Below, in pieces: positions 1 through 9,395 of a DNA stretch of 28,782 nt. A program made the translations under genes and the position numbers. The stretch is from IMG/VR virus record IMGVR_UViG_3300009095_000057, positions 1 to 28,782 of that record, one strand, 5' to 3'. This DNA is from a virus (Duplodnaviria; Caudoviricetes). A model generated the notes under the pieces. The model saw only the letters and a list, made by a program, of their open reading frames with translations. It made no database searches and was not told the DNA's origin. Position 1 is the stretch's first letter, and each line of letters begins with the position of its first letter.

Positions 1-1880
1 AATTTAGTTCCAGACTGTGCACTTTTAGCTTTACCCTTTTTAACTTTACCTTTAGCTAAAGCATCACTATCAAGATTAAATTCCTCTGCTGTATCGAGAA
101 TAGCACTCTGTATGTTAGAAGCGATTTGCTTTTTCTCAGCTATATTTTTAAGTTTCATGTTACCTCCTTCTATCATTGCTTTTCCTGATGAAAAGGTTAA
201 CTTCTCATAAGGATCATTCATATCAGAATTTTCTATAAGTTCTGTTCCTTTTTCTAGAATTTTATTTTGTTTATCCTCTATTTTACTTAATTCCGTAATA
301 TAGTTTTTAAACTTTTTACCTTTAGCTTTAGGATCATTTAATTCAGAAACCCCGTAAGATGGAATTTTCATATTACCAAATACAGTAAGACTATCGTTAT
401 TTCCTCCATCCTTAAGTTTAACAGCAGGCTCTCCTCCTTCAACTTCTATTTTATTTTTACCATAGTTAATACCAATACCTCCCTCAGAATGAGAATCTCC
501 TTTGAACATAACTGATTCACCTGCATCAGGAAGATAAGGGTTGTATGAAATAGGTTCAACTTCTCCTCCCCACAAAGTTTGTAGTTCTCCACTATTTTCC
601 AATACAGTACCACCATGTTTCATAAATGAGGTGTATTGATTATGTAAAGATTTAGTACCTTGATTAAATGCAGCCATTCCTAAATTTTTCTGGGCAGCTT
701 TTTGATTTTTTCGTATTTCTTTTTGTCCTTGTCCACCAATTATTCCCCCTATAACACCTCCTACTGTAGAGCCTATTATTTGACCTCCGGGTATAAAACT
801 ACCAGCTATTCCACCTAATGTTGAGCCTATTTTACCAGCACCAGTTTGTTGCCCCTGTCCTCCTCCTATTAAACTACCTAACATATTACCAAAATTTCCT
901 TCATTTCCTGAACCAGAAATATTAGTTAATATATTAGATATATTTCCACCAAGTTGTAACTTCTTACCATTTTTTGCTAAGAAATTAGTACCTGTACCGT
1001 AACTTGAAGCTACTGTATTAGGGTCTATAATAGCATCTTCAGGTCTTACGTATTTCCTTTGAACTCTATCTGGAGCTAATTCAGAAGCTTGTTTAACTAC
1101 TTGACTTAACTTATTAAATTGTCTAGCTTGTTGTTTTTGTCTTTTTTGTTCCTTTATCATTTGAAAACCTTGTACTAAATCCCCCACTATAGGCATAGCT
1201 TGAGTAATACCTTGTCCTATCTTTTCAAGATTATTAGTATCAAGACCTAACGATTGAGTATCTTGCATAGATACTTTACCTGTAATATTATCAACTATCC
1301 CAGAGTTAGGATTATAAGTAGCAGTTGAGTTAATCCCCCATTGTGCCTTTTTTCTAACAGGGTATTCTGTAACTTCAGAACCATCAAATAAATAATCATT
1401 ATCTGGATACATCATTTTTAAATCACCTGTATCAGATATACCTATAACTGGAGTTTTAACCCCTTTCATAGTGATCTTATTTGATTTAATCTTGGTTACT
1501 TTTCCTGGATGTGCCCATTGTCCTCTATTGTCTTCAATAACTCCTCCATTTTTTAAACCATATGCCCTACCCAATACATTACCATAAGGTACAGGTTTGG
1601 CTTTCGATTTAGGTTTATATGGAGAAAATCCCCCACTTGGGTCACGTAATGCTATGATAGCATCAGCATTTGCTTGGGAGTGCTCAAGCTCTTTGTTATA
1701 TAGTTCTACATCTTCTGGCTTCATTCTACCTAATGCTTGTTTTCTATGCCAAGCATAATATTCATCAGCACTTTTAAAATCTGGAGTCTTTTCAACATTT
1801 AAATTATCTAAAGGTAGAGGGATTAAGTTTCCACCCATTTGATATTTACTGACCTTTTTTACTTTCTTTTTCGCTTTCAT
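1..1880 (-). CDS. Partial (runs off window) cargo/ejection protein, crAss001 gp45-like, at least 626 aa
   Basis: Not in ORF track because it has no stop in the window. Hand translation from ATG at 1880 (MKAKKKVKKVSKYQMGG...) stays open to base 1. Contains repeated xxGG motifs, a GQWAHPG..ITMKGV domain, a glycine-zipper hydrophobic segment and GDSHSEGG..EVEGGE. Position after the muzzle gene matches crAss-like synteny. Confidence 0.8.
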   Translation of the reverse strand, partial: MKAKKKVKKVSKYQMGGNLIPLPLDNLNVEKTPDFKSADEYYAWHRKQALGRMKPEDVELYNKELEHSQANADAIIALRDPSGGFSPYKPKSKAKPVPYGNVLGRAYGLKNGGVIEDNRGQWAHPGKVTKIKSNKITMKGVKTPVIGISDTGDLKMMYPDNDYLFDGSEVTEYPVRKKAQWGINSTATYNPNSGIVDNITGKVSMQDTQSLGLDTNNLEKIGQGITQAMPIVGDLVQGFQMIKEQKRQKQQARQFNKLSQVVKQASELAPDRVQRKYVRPEDAIIDPNTVASSYGTGTNFLAKNGKKLQLGGNISNILTNISGSGNEGNFGNMLGSLIGGGQGQQTGAGKIGSTLGGIAGSFIPGGQIIGSTVGGVIGGIIGGQGQKEIRKNQKAAQKNLGMAAFNQGTKSLHNQYTSFMKHGGTVLENSGELQTLWGGEVEPISYNPYLPDAGESVMFKGDSHSEGGIGINYGKNKIEVEGGEPAVKLKDGGNNDSLTVFGNMKIPSYGVSELNDPKAKGKKFKNYITELSKIEDKQNKILEKGTELIENSDMNDPYEKLTFSSGKAMIEGGNMKLKNIAEKKQIASNIQSAILDTAEEFNLDSDALAKGKVKKGKAKSAQSGTK

Positions 1881-1881
1881 A

Positions 1882-2754
1882 TTATTTGTATGAGATTTGT
1901 GATGGAGCAGATGAGAACATACTAACTAAATTAATGTCATCTCTATTATCTAATATACTCCTAATTTTAATATCTTTTGCTCTAATTTTATCCTTTTTAA
2001 ATGACCTAATTGAATAATCCATATTATCTTGATTAACTTCTTTGTCGTAACTTAATGATTTACAAGAAGTTATGAATAGTGGACTTTCTACATTTTTAGC
2101 TATATTCCAAAAAGTATTATATTGATAAAAATTATCACTTTTAGTATAAGTTATAGTTTTACTTTCGGTATTGTATTTAGGAAAAGAAAGTTGAGCTTTC
2201 ATATTATTTTTAGGCTTATTTTCAAGTTCTAATATACCTGTGGACTGCTGATCATTATATATAACAACTTTATTAAAATAACCATCATTAATTTGTATTT
2301 TCCTATTATTATCAGAATTACCTCTGTCTTCAGGTAAGTACTTAAACACTTTTGTATAATCCTTTACGTTTTGTAGAATCTCATCATTAAATTCATAAGC
2401 GATGGGTTGCTCTAATATATAAGGATGAATACAACCGTAGAATGAATTATATTTAGTATTATCTTTTAAATGTTTCCAGATAGAGGATGTGTTCTTACTT
2501 TCTGGTTTAGATGCTGCTAACTCAGGTTTGGTTATTGTTCCTATAGGGATATTAATAAACTTATTACAGCAGTTTTCCCCACCAAACACTACTTTTATCA
2601 CCTTTACATCATCTTCTATTTGTAATGAAATTCCTGAAAGTAACTCTTCTCTTAAAACTGAAGGTAATAGAATATTACCTCTATCATCTTGCAATGAAAA
2701 AGTATCTATTCTATTACCTATTTTTTTGAGTTTTATAACTATTACTTTACTCAT
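1882..2754 (-). CDS. Probable C-terminal part of tail stabilization (muzzle) protein, with an added ~70-aa N-terminal domain
   Basis: From about residue 90 (SSIWKH..YNSFYG..PYILE..FNKVVIYNDQQSTGILEL) it resembles the C-terminus I recall for crAss-like muzzle proteins. The N-terminal domain aligns by eye with that of 2756..3295. Confidence 0.65.
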   Translation of the reverse strand: MSKVIVIKLKKIGNRIDTFSLQDDRGNILLPSVLREELLSGISLQIEDDVKVIKVVFGGENCCNKFINIPIGTITKPELAASKPESKNTSSIWKHLKDNTKYNSFYGCIHPYILEQPIAYEFNDEILQNVKDYTKVFKYLPEDRGNSDNNRKIQINDGYFNKVVIYNDQQSTGILELENKPKNNMKAQLSFPKYNTESKTITYTKSDNFYQYNTFWNIAKNVESPLFITSCKSLSYDKEVNQDNMDYSIRSFKKDKIRAKDIKIRSILDNRDDINLVSMFSSAPSQISYK

Positions 2755-2755
2755 A

Positions 2756-3295
2756 TTATGGGCAATCTAAAGTAGTATCGGAGCCAATTACACCTGTACC
2801 TGAATCTATGTTATAAATATCTCCAACTCCTTCTTCCATTATATAATTTTGCCCAGTTAACAAAATTGTCAATGATGGATCAGTATATATTGTACTACCT
2901 GGGGCAATAGTTTCACCCCCTCCTGTATACACAGGATCTAATCCTCCTGAACAAACGTTTTCAGTAGTTGTTCCATATCTTACTATAAATTGTAAAACTC
3001 CCTCGCTAGTTGTAGTTGTAGTGGTTACTGGTGGTTCTGTAGTTGAACTAGTTGTAGTTGTAGTGGTTTCCTCAATTGATATATCTACGTAGTTATTACA
3101 TAGAGGTCCAGTTGATTGAACTCTTATAACTGTAGTACCTTCAGGTACAAGATAGGAGGTGTATCCTGATTCTAAATCTAATTTAGCTATACTACTTTCA
3201 AAAGGTACAGTAAATCCATCTATATTAGATAATAGATTGAAAGGTCCTGTATCTGAACCAGCTGTAGTTAATGTTATTAAAACTGTAAGTGCCAT
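2756..3295 (-). CDS. Two-domain putative virion accessory protein with poly-Thr linker
   Basis: 179-aa ORF: beta-rich domain ending in CNNYVDISI, then a TTTTTTSSTTEPPVTTTTTT linker, then a second beta-rich domain with two Cys. Confidence 0.7.
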   Translation of the reverse strand: MALTVLITLTTAGSDTGPFNLLSNIDGFTVPFESSIAKLDLESGYTSYLVPEGTTVIRVQSTGPLCNNYVDISIEETTTTTTSSTTEPPVTTTTTTSEGVLQFIVRYGTTTENVCSGGLDPVYTGGGETIAPGSTIYTDPSLTILLTGQNYIMEEGVGDIYNIDSGTGVIGSDTTLDCP

Positions 3296-3309
3296 AATAT
3301 TTTTATTTA

Positions 3310-3585
3310 TTATAATGTGGTAGTTGTAGTTGTTGTCTCCTCTACTCCAGTAGTAGTTGTAGTAGTAGTAGGTGCTTCTGTTGTAGTAGTTGTAGTAGTT
3401 GAAGGGGTTATGTCGTATGCTGTTCCTTCTAAGTCACACTCAGTTATTAAAAACGCAACTCCTTCTAATTCACAACTCAAAACTTGTAACTCTCCCTCAA
3501 GTTCACAATCAAAAGAAGGTTCTTGAGAAGTTGTAGTAGTTGTAGTTTCTACTATTTCAGCAGCAAATATATCTAAATCACATCC
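3310..3585 (-). repeat. Four Cys-peptide repeats C[DE]L[DE] with poly-Thr tracts at the muzzle C-terminus
   Basis: CDLDIFA, CELEGEL, CELEGVA, CDLEGTA with Cys codons starting at 3582, 3507, 3474, 3438; four Thr runs of 6-7 residues. Confidence 0.9.
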
Positions 3586-6500
3586 TGTATTTAAACCTGA
3601 GTAGAAAAAGTTATTCTCAGCTATATAGAAATTAGGTATGTAGGAATGAAAACTGATCCAAGTTTTAGTATTTAAATTAAAGGATAGTGTCCAAGATTTA
3701 TTACAGAAATATAAAGGATCACCTAATTGCACTATTTGCTTTAACCCTTTATCTGTTTCAATATAGAAATCTCCATCGTATTTAATATCAGAAGATAGAG
3801 GAATATAATCAAGTTTTGTAATAATTACCCTATCGTATTTGGTATCATATACCCCATGTAATCCTATTCCCTTAAAATGGTTATCCGTATTAATCTCAGG
3901 AAAATAATCAGATATTTCAAAAGGTAAATGGTCAGTAAAAAACTGATTCATACCTAATCCTAATGCTGATAAATCTTCTACCGAATTTCCAGATATGAGG
4001 AAAATTTGACCCCTTTTAGCATCTGCTGTAATTTGACCTTGTGGTATTCTAAGAAGCATTTTATGCTGAGATCCTACAAACCCCGTGTCTGTTTCTGCAA
4101 AATCAATAGGAGGAGAGCTTCTAAATAAACTATCATTACCTAAGTAAGCAGCTTGAGGATTACTTGTATCTATTGTAAGTAGTGTGTTGTATAACAAAGA
4201 TTTATTATGAAATCTTGCCAATACTCCTCTATTTTGAATACTGTCAATAGATGTTAAATTTCCATAATTTTGAGGAAAATCAAAATAAGAAACAGGTCTA
4301 TATATTAACCAGTTATTTTTAGAAGGTCCTCCAGCAGGATCAGAATATATAGCCCTAAATGGAAATTTAGTAAAACACAAATCATCTTCCCAATCAGCAG
4401 GTAAATGAGAGAAGAAATTCTCTCTATTTTGTTTAGAGTAAGTTACGTTATAATAATAAGTATTATCCTGTACAATAGGAACAAAGCTTTCTTGTAACCA
4501 ATCATCAGGTATACCTGAAGAGACATGAGGATAGAAATCCCCTTCTCTATTATTAAAAGCTTGCCTTAAATCTAAATTTATTGAACTTTCACAGTAAAAT
4601 GAAGGTATTCCGTAAGCAAACATATACATTTTACCATCATAGTAAGTTCTACCTGGATTAACTACTTTTGGTGAAGCAGTGTCATCAGGCACAGGTAATT
4701 GATTATTAGGACAATCAAAGTTATGGGCTTTAACGGATATAATGTTTTTTAAAACTTCAGAACCCAACTTAGAATCCGTATAATCATATAAAATAGATCT
4801 TGCTGAATGCCAATATTCAGGATATGCAATATTACCTATTTCATCATAATATATATCACTATCGTCAGGAGCGCCTACTCTATTATCAATAAAAAATGGT
4901 AACTTAGTCTTAAATGTGTGTTTTCCTATAAAAGTATCTCCACCAAATACATATGCTGTATTTTGATTATCTGAGAACATTATTTGAGTCCCAGTATCTA
5001 CAGTTTCATAAGAATAGATTTGACCCCATTGGTTTAAAAATGTATTTTTAAGAGAAGCATAATATACTACAGAAGATATATCAAACTGTTCTTCTGGTTG
5101 AGAACAATTTATCTGAGAAGCAATATACCTAGAATTATCACTAACTAAGCTTTCTGTGCCTAATAATAAGGAGTTAGTTTGTGAAGGATAAGGTAAAGAG
5201 GAGTTAGTTTTAATATAAACCGAGCTTTCTCTTTGGTAATTATTTAGATTTAAATCATCATTTACAGACTGTACTCCCGGATACAGATATTGAGAGGTGT
5301 CAATTTTTCTTTGCTTTATTCCTTGAGAATTATCTACAGGGGAGGAATAATTATAATTCAATATAGAATTATAACTGTATCCGTAATTTCTCCTAGTTAT
5401 TCCATTTAAATATATTTGTAAATAAGCTTGGTATGCTGTAAATAATGCTGTGCTGCTAAAAGGAGAAGTAATATCTGCAATTGCTACACTTGATTTTAAC
5501 GCATCTTCTTGTGCTTCTTTACTAATTAGTCTGTAAAGAGCGTTTTTCTTTACTTGTACAAAATGGGCTTTTCCTGCCCCAAATATAACATTTTCTATTT
5601 TAAGAACATCTCCTAGAAAGGGTTGACCGTAAGAAGTTTCAGGAGAGTTAAATACTTGTCTAGATTTGCTATCTTCATCAGTAAATGCTTTTAATTTATC
5701 TGGATAGCAGGCACTGTTTCTTGAGTCAGTAGGTATTTGAGTTATTGTATGAGGAGCATTACCAAAAGGAATAAGGGTTGAGGGTTTAGTACTAACTTGT
5801 ACATTTACAATAACAGGAGAACCTGCAAAAACTAATACAGATTGATTGTCCCCATTTGTATCAGTATATTTAAAATATACTCTATTAGGAATAGAAACAA
5901 ATGATCCTGTTAAACTACTAAAACCTTGAACAGAGAGTTCGTATGTCTCATATCCTATTTCCGTAACAGTTCCTGCACTTGAAGGGTCAAGAACAGGAGT
6001 AGATAATGAACAAACTTGTATAGTTTGACCACTTGTTATTTCTTCACCTATTAACGTATTAGTAAAACAATCTGTATATTCGTATCTACAGTCTGAAGTA
6101 GTTACAATTTCATATGTCCTACATTCTGAATTATAAGCGTTGCTTTTTTCTAGAAGAAAAGGGTCTTCTTTAAGATCATTATATGGATAGTTTGGAAAAT
6201 AATATTGAGTTCCTTCTCTTTCATATTTTCCTACGTTTCTAAGAATACCTTTAGCTACAATAGATTTATTGGTACTTCTATCACCTCTAACTATTTTAAA
6301 TCCTACAATACTATCTTTTTGAGATTGAGTTAAATCTGATTGATTTATTAAATTTTGTATTTGACTAATATCTATTTTAACTCCAATAGGATAGATTGCC
6401 CTATCCTCCATGTTTAGATTAGTATATTTACCATCAGCATCTGTATCTATAGTAGGACTTTCAAATATAGGACATAAATTAACATCTGGAAATTTATGGT

Positions 6501-7959
6501 GTCTAATAGGCTGTCCTGCTAAATCTCCCCAAACTTCAGTATCACAAGGATATAATTCAGTTGATTCCCAGTAACCAAATTCACCATATTGATGAGGACC
6601 TTTATACTCAGGATCAGATGTTGATTCTGTAGCTAATATAGTAGCTGTATTATTGTTTCTCCAAAAAGGATTAGGTTGTCCATCAGGACCTATATAATCA
6701 GGATCAGAAGAATTAACTTCTCCATAACTTAAATCAGAGGGAGATATCACCCTACCCGGAATGTGAAAGCTGTCTAACTGTTTACCATTGTTTAAAAGTG
6801 GAACAAACTCAAATGGATAAACCTCATCTCTCAAATAACTTCTAAAATTAGTAGCATTTAGTTCATCTGCATAATTTTCACCAGCAGGTAGTCTCCAAGT
6901 TTGCCACTGTAATGTTATTTGATTAGCTATTTTCTGTAAATTCATTCGATCTACAGAAGTCAACCCTTTCCAAACAAGTACGTCACTAACTGCTGTTACA
7001 TCATCTGCTATCTCGTAAGATGGGAATTTTTCAAATATATCATCTATGGTGAGTCTAATTTGTGTCTGATTTTGCCCACTATATATAATTTCTTTATTTG
7101 AAGAATCTACATTATATGTTCCTACTAACTCTACTGAAGGTATATTATTTACTGTTTTTATAACAGCAAGATTGAAGTATTCAAATACCCCAGATATGTC
7201 AATGTTGTCAATTTCTAATATAACTGACTTACCCACAGGATAGTTAAAATCAGCAGTGGTTATTTGATTGTTTGCTACAGGGAGAGGGTTAGTTACTGAA
7301 TAGTAAGAAGTATAACCAAAACCATTTACGTCACAATATTGTATTGCAAACTGTACAGTTCCTGCTGTTAGATTACCTCCACTAATAACATCTTTTATTG
7401 TGATATTTGGAATATCAAATTTAGGCTGTACACTTAATTGGTTACAGTCTACATCATTCGTAAATTTATTATCACATACATCAGTATTTTCTTGCCTTTT
7501 GTAAGGAATTTCATCAAGATTTAAAAATCTCCTTGGGTTAAATCCATCAGCCCAATATATCTCAATACCACAATTAGTTGTTCTGTGAGCACATTTATGT
7601 ATAGGATGGTCTATGTGAAAGTTTAAACAATCAGCATTAACTAATGTCTTATATACACACTCATTATTTTCACTATATCCTATTTCTGACCTACCTTCAT
7701 CAGGATTAACCAAAAAGAATATGTGTTTTTTAGCTTCAGGAATAGTATACTTACCTATTACAGAGTATCCTTCTGGAAACTCAAAGCAAGATATGTTACC
7801 TTGTTCGTTTTGATAGTTAATTGAATTACCATCAAAATTTTGAACATTGGCGTTTAGAGCATAAGAAACCTTACCTTTCTGTATTTGACCTACAGAAGAA
7901 TCGGTATCCATACCTAATCTAGAAAACTGAATATGGTTATTGATATTTGATTCAGCCAT
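3310..7959 (-). CDS. Tail stabilization / muzzle protein (P22 gp10-like, crAss Tstab), N-terminal major part
   Basis: 1549 aa. GMDTD..YALNA N-terminus, IYWADGFNPRR, RHHKFP, FGGDTFI, WTLSF..WISFHSY motifs; follows the tail tube gene. Confidence 0.85.
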   Translation of the reverse strand: MAESNINNHIQFSRLGMDTDSSVGQIQKGKVSYALNANVQNFDGNSINYQNEQGNISCFEFPEGYSVIGKYTIPEAKKHIFFLVNPDEGRSEIGYSENNECVYKTLVNADCLNFHIDHPIHKCAHRTTNCGIEIYWADGFNPRRFLNLDEIPYKRQENTDVCDNKFTNDVDCNQLSVQPKFDIPNITIKDVISGGNLTAGTVQFAIQYCDVNGFGYTSYYSVTNPLPVANNQITTADFNYPVGKSVILEIDNIDISGVFEYFNLAVIKTVNNIPSVELVGTYNVDSSNKEIIYSGQNQTQIRLTIDDIFEKFPSYEIADDVTAVSDVLVWKGLTSVDRMNLQKIANQITLQWQTWRLPAGENYADELNATNFRSYLRDEVYPFEFVPLLNNGKQLDSFHIPGRVISPSDLSYGEVNSSDPDYIGPDGQPNPFWRNNNTATILATESTSDPEYKGPHQYGEFGYWESTELYPCDTEVWGDLAGQPIRHHKFPDVNLCPIFESPTIDTDADGKYTNLNMEDRAIYPIGVKIDISQIQNLINQSDLTQSQKDSIVGFKIVRGDRSTNKSIVAKGILRNVGKYEREGTQYYFPNYPYNDLKEDPFLLEKSNAYNSECRTYEIVTTSDCRYEYTDCFTNTLIGEEITSGQTIQVCSLSTPVLDPSSAGTVTEIGYETYELSVQGFSSLTGSFVSIPNRVYFKYTDTNGDNQSVLVFAGSPVIVNVQVSTKPSTLIPFGNAPHTITQIPTDSRNSACYPDKLKAFTDEDSKSRQVFNSPETSYGQPFLGDVLKIENVIFGAGKAHFVQVKKNALYRLISKEAQEDALKSSVAIADITSPFSSTALFTAYQAYLQIYLNGITRRNYGYSYNSILNYNYSSPVDNSQGIKQRKIDTSQYLYPGVQSVNDDLNLNNYQRESSVYIKTNSSLPYPSQTNSLLLGTESLVSDNSRYIASQINCSQPEEQFDISSVVYYASLKNTFLNQWGQIYSYETVDTGTQIMFSDNQNTAYVFGGDTFIGKHTFKTKLPFFIDNRVGAPDDSDIYYDEIGNIAYPEYWHSARSILYDYTDSKLGSEVLKNIISVKAHNFDCPNNQLPVPDDTASPKVVNPGRTYYDGKMYMFAYGIPSFYCESSINLDLRQAFNNREGDFYPHVSSGIPDDWLQESFVPIVQDNTYYYNVTYSKQNRENFFSHLPADWEDDLCFTKFPFRAIYSDPAGGPSKNNWLIYRPVSYFDFPQNYGNLTSIDSIQNRGVLARFHNKSLLYNTLLTIDTSNPQAAYLGNDSLFRSSPPIDFAETDTGFVGSQHKMLLRIPQGQITADAKRGQIFLISGNSVEDLSALGLGMNQFFTDHLPFEISDYFPEINTDNHFKGIGLHGVYDTKYDRVIITKLDYIPLSSDIKYDGDFYIETDKGLKQIVQLGDPLYFCNKSWTLSFNLNTKTWISFHSYIPNFYIAENNFFYSGLNTGCDLDIFAAEIVETTTTTTSQEPSFDCELEGELQVLSCELEGVAFLITECDLEGTAYDITPSTTTTTTTEAPTTTTTTTGVEETTTTTTTL

Positions 7960-7961
7960 GT

Positions 7962-8888
7962 TTAATTACGTCTCCAAGTAGATCTCCATCTACCTGTATG
8001 TACCTCATATTTTTTATTTCTGTCAAGAGTATCTTGGATACCTCTTATCTTTTCGTAAGGTGTCTTTTTCTTAATTTCAATTTCAGCTAAGATATAAGCC
8101 TCATCTGCAAGATTTTTATAGTATGCCTTTTTTTGTTCAAGTTGATTGAATGTTTCATCATTAACTTGATTTGTTAAAGTTTCAAAGCATTTGAATTTTA
8201 AGAAATGTTCAATATATTCCCTTATTCTATAATTATCAGGAATTAATTGATTGCCTGTATCATCATAGTCATAAGCATAAAATACTAAATAGACATTACC
8301 TTTTCTAAAACTTACAACAAATTTATTACCTCTAATATCAAAACTGTCTGCACCAGAAGAACCAAAATTCTTACAATCAAGAGAGCAATGCTCTTTAACG
8401 GAAATATTACCCGGCTTAAGTAAATATTGCCTTTTATAAGATCTTAATGTCTCATTGTTAGTTTTATATACAGCTTGTATAAGTACAGGCATACAGTTAC
8501 CATCGTCACATCCCTCTAAACAATCCTCATTCGTACATGGTTTACCACCTGATGTTACTGGTGAAACTTGTATTGTAGTTTCAGAAGAAGCTTGAGAATA
8601 GAAAGAATTTGCAGATTGATAAGGAAGAGCATCAACTGTTGTACATAACCACGCTTCTCTAACCGCATAAAAATTATCAGGTAACCTAGCTTCAAAGTCC
8701 TCTATATCAAGAACAGTGTGAACTATATTATATGAGCTTTTACCAAGTTTATTCAAACACTTATTGACGTAAGTCGGAAATAGTAAATCATCAATTGCTC
8801 CAGAATCAAAATAGGATTTTAATTCCTCTTTTACTGTAGCAAAAATTGGTTCAGGACTGACAAAATTATATTTATAGTAATACGCCAT
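7962..8888 (-). CDS. Tail tubular / ring protein (Ttub, P22 gp4-like)
   Basis: 308 aa, ARLPDNFY and LIPDN motifs; located between IHF-like and muzzle genes as in crAss-like phages. Confidence 0.7.
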   Translation of the reverse strand: MAYYYKYNFVSPEPIFATVKEELKSYFDSGAIDDLLFPTYVNKCLNKLGKSSYNIVHTVLDIEDFEARLPDNFYAVREAWLCTTVDALPYQSANSFYSQASSETTIQVSPVTSGGKPCTNEDCLEGCDDGNCMPVLIQAVYKTNNETLRSYKRQYLLKPGNISVKEHCSLDCKNFGSSGADSFDIRGNKFVVSFRKGNVYLVFYAYDYDDTGNQLIPDNYRIREYIEHFLKFKCFETLTNQVNDETFNQLEQKKAYYKNLADEAYILAEIEIKKKTPYEKIRGIQDTLDRNKKYEVHTGRWRSTWRRN

Positions 8889-8894
8889 TTTAAA

Positions 8895-9380
8895 TTACAT
8901 TATCCATTGTTTATATATATGTTGGTACTTTTCATCTGTTTTTAAATAATGAGCAAGTATTCTTGAAGTTACCCTTGAAGGTTTAAACCACCAAAGATCA
9001 GAATGTTTAAATCTTGCCGTCTTTTTTAACCATATCCATCTAAAATGATACCCCTCTGTATGATAATTAAAGTTGTATATTCTTTTACCTTTCTCTTTAG
9101 TTTTTTTCCAATCTATAGGGAGATTAATATATTCTTTTCCTGTTTTAGGGTTTTTCTTGATTCTTTTTCTCTTTTTCTTATTTATAGAAAATTCACCAAA
9201 ACCAAGAGGTAATTTGGCTTTATCCCCTGTTTCTAAAATATAATCTCTAAAATTTTCATTAAACATATAGATTATATTTCTCCATTCATCAAATGTGATT
9301 TTGATTTCAGGATGTTTTTTACAGAAAGAAATATAGTTATCTTTTTGAGAACTTCGCCAATCGACTGATACTCTAGGCAT
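8895..9380 (-). CDS. IHF/HU-like DNA-binding protein
   Basis: Very basic 161 aa, LETGDKAKLPLGFGEFSI HU-like motif, IDWKKTKE..IYNFNYHT..Y.F.W tail typical of the crAss IHF-like gene. Confidence 0.75.
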   Translation of the reverse strand: MPRVSVDWRSSQKDNYISFCKKHPEIKITFDEWRNIIYMFNENFRDYILETGDKAKLPLGFGEFSINKKKRKRIKKNPKTGKEYINLPIDWKKTKEKGKRIYNFNYHTEGYHFRWIWLKKTARFKHSDLWWFKPSRVTSRILAHYLKTDEKYQHIYKQWIM

Positions 9381-9395
9381 ATTTTAATTTTATTA

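Noticed and set aside
3000-3550. gtagtt-type tandem repeats as CRISPR array or DGR
   Set aside because: They are Thr codon runs with no repeat-spacer periodicity; no reverse transcriptase or TR/VR pair is in the window.
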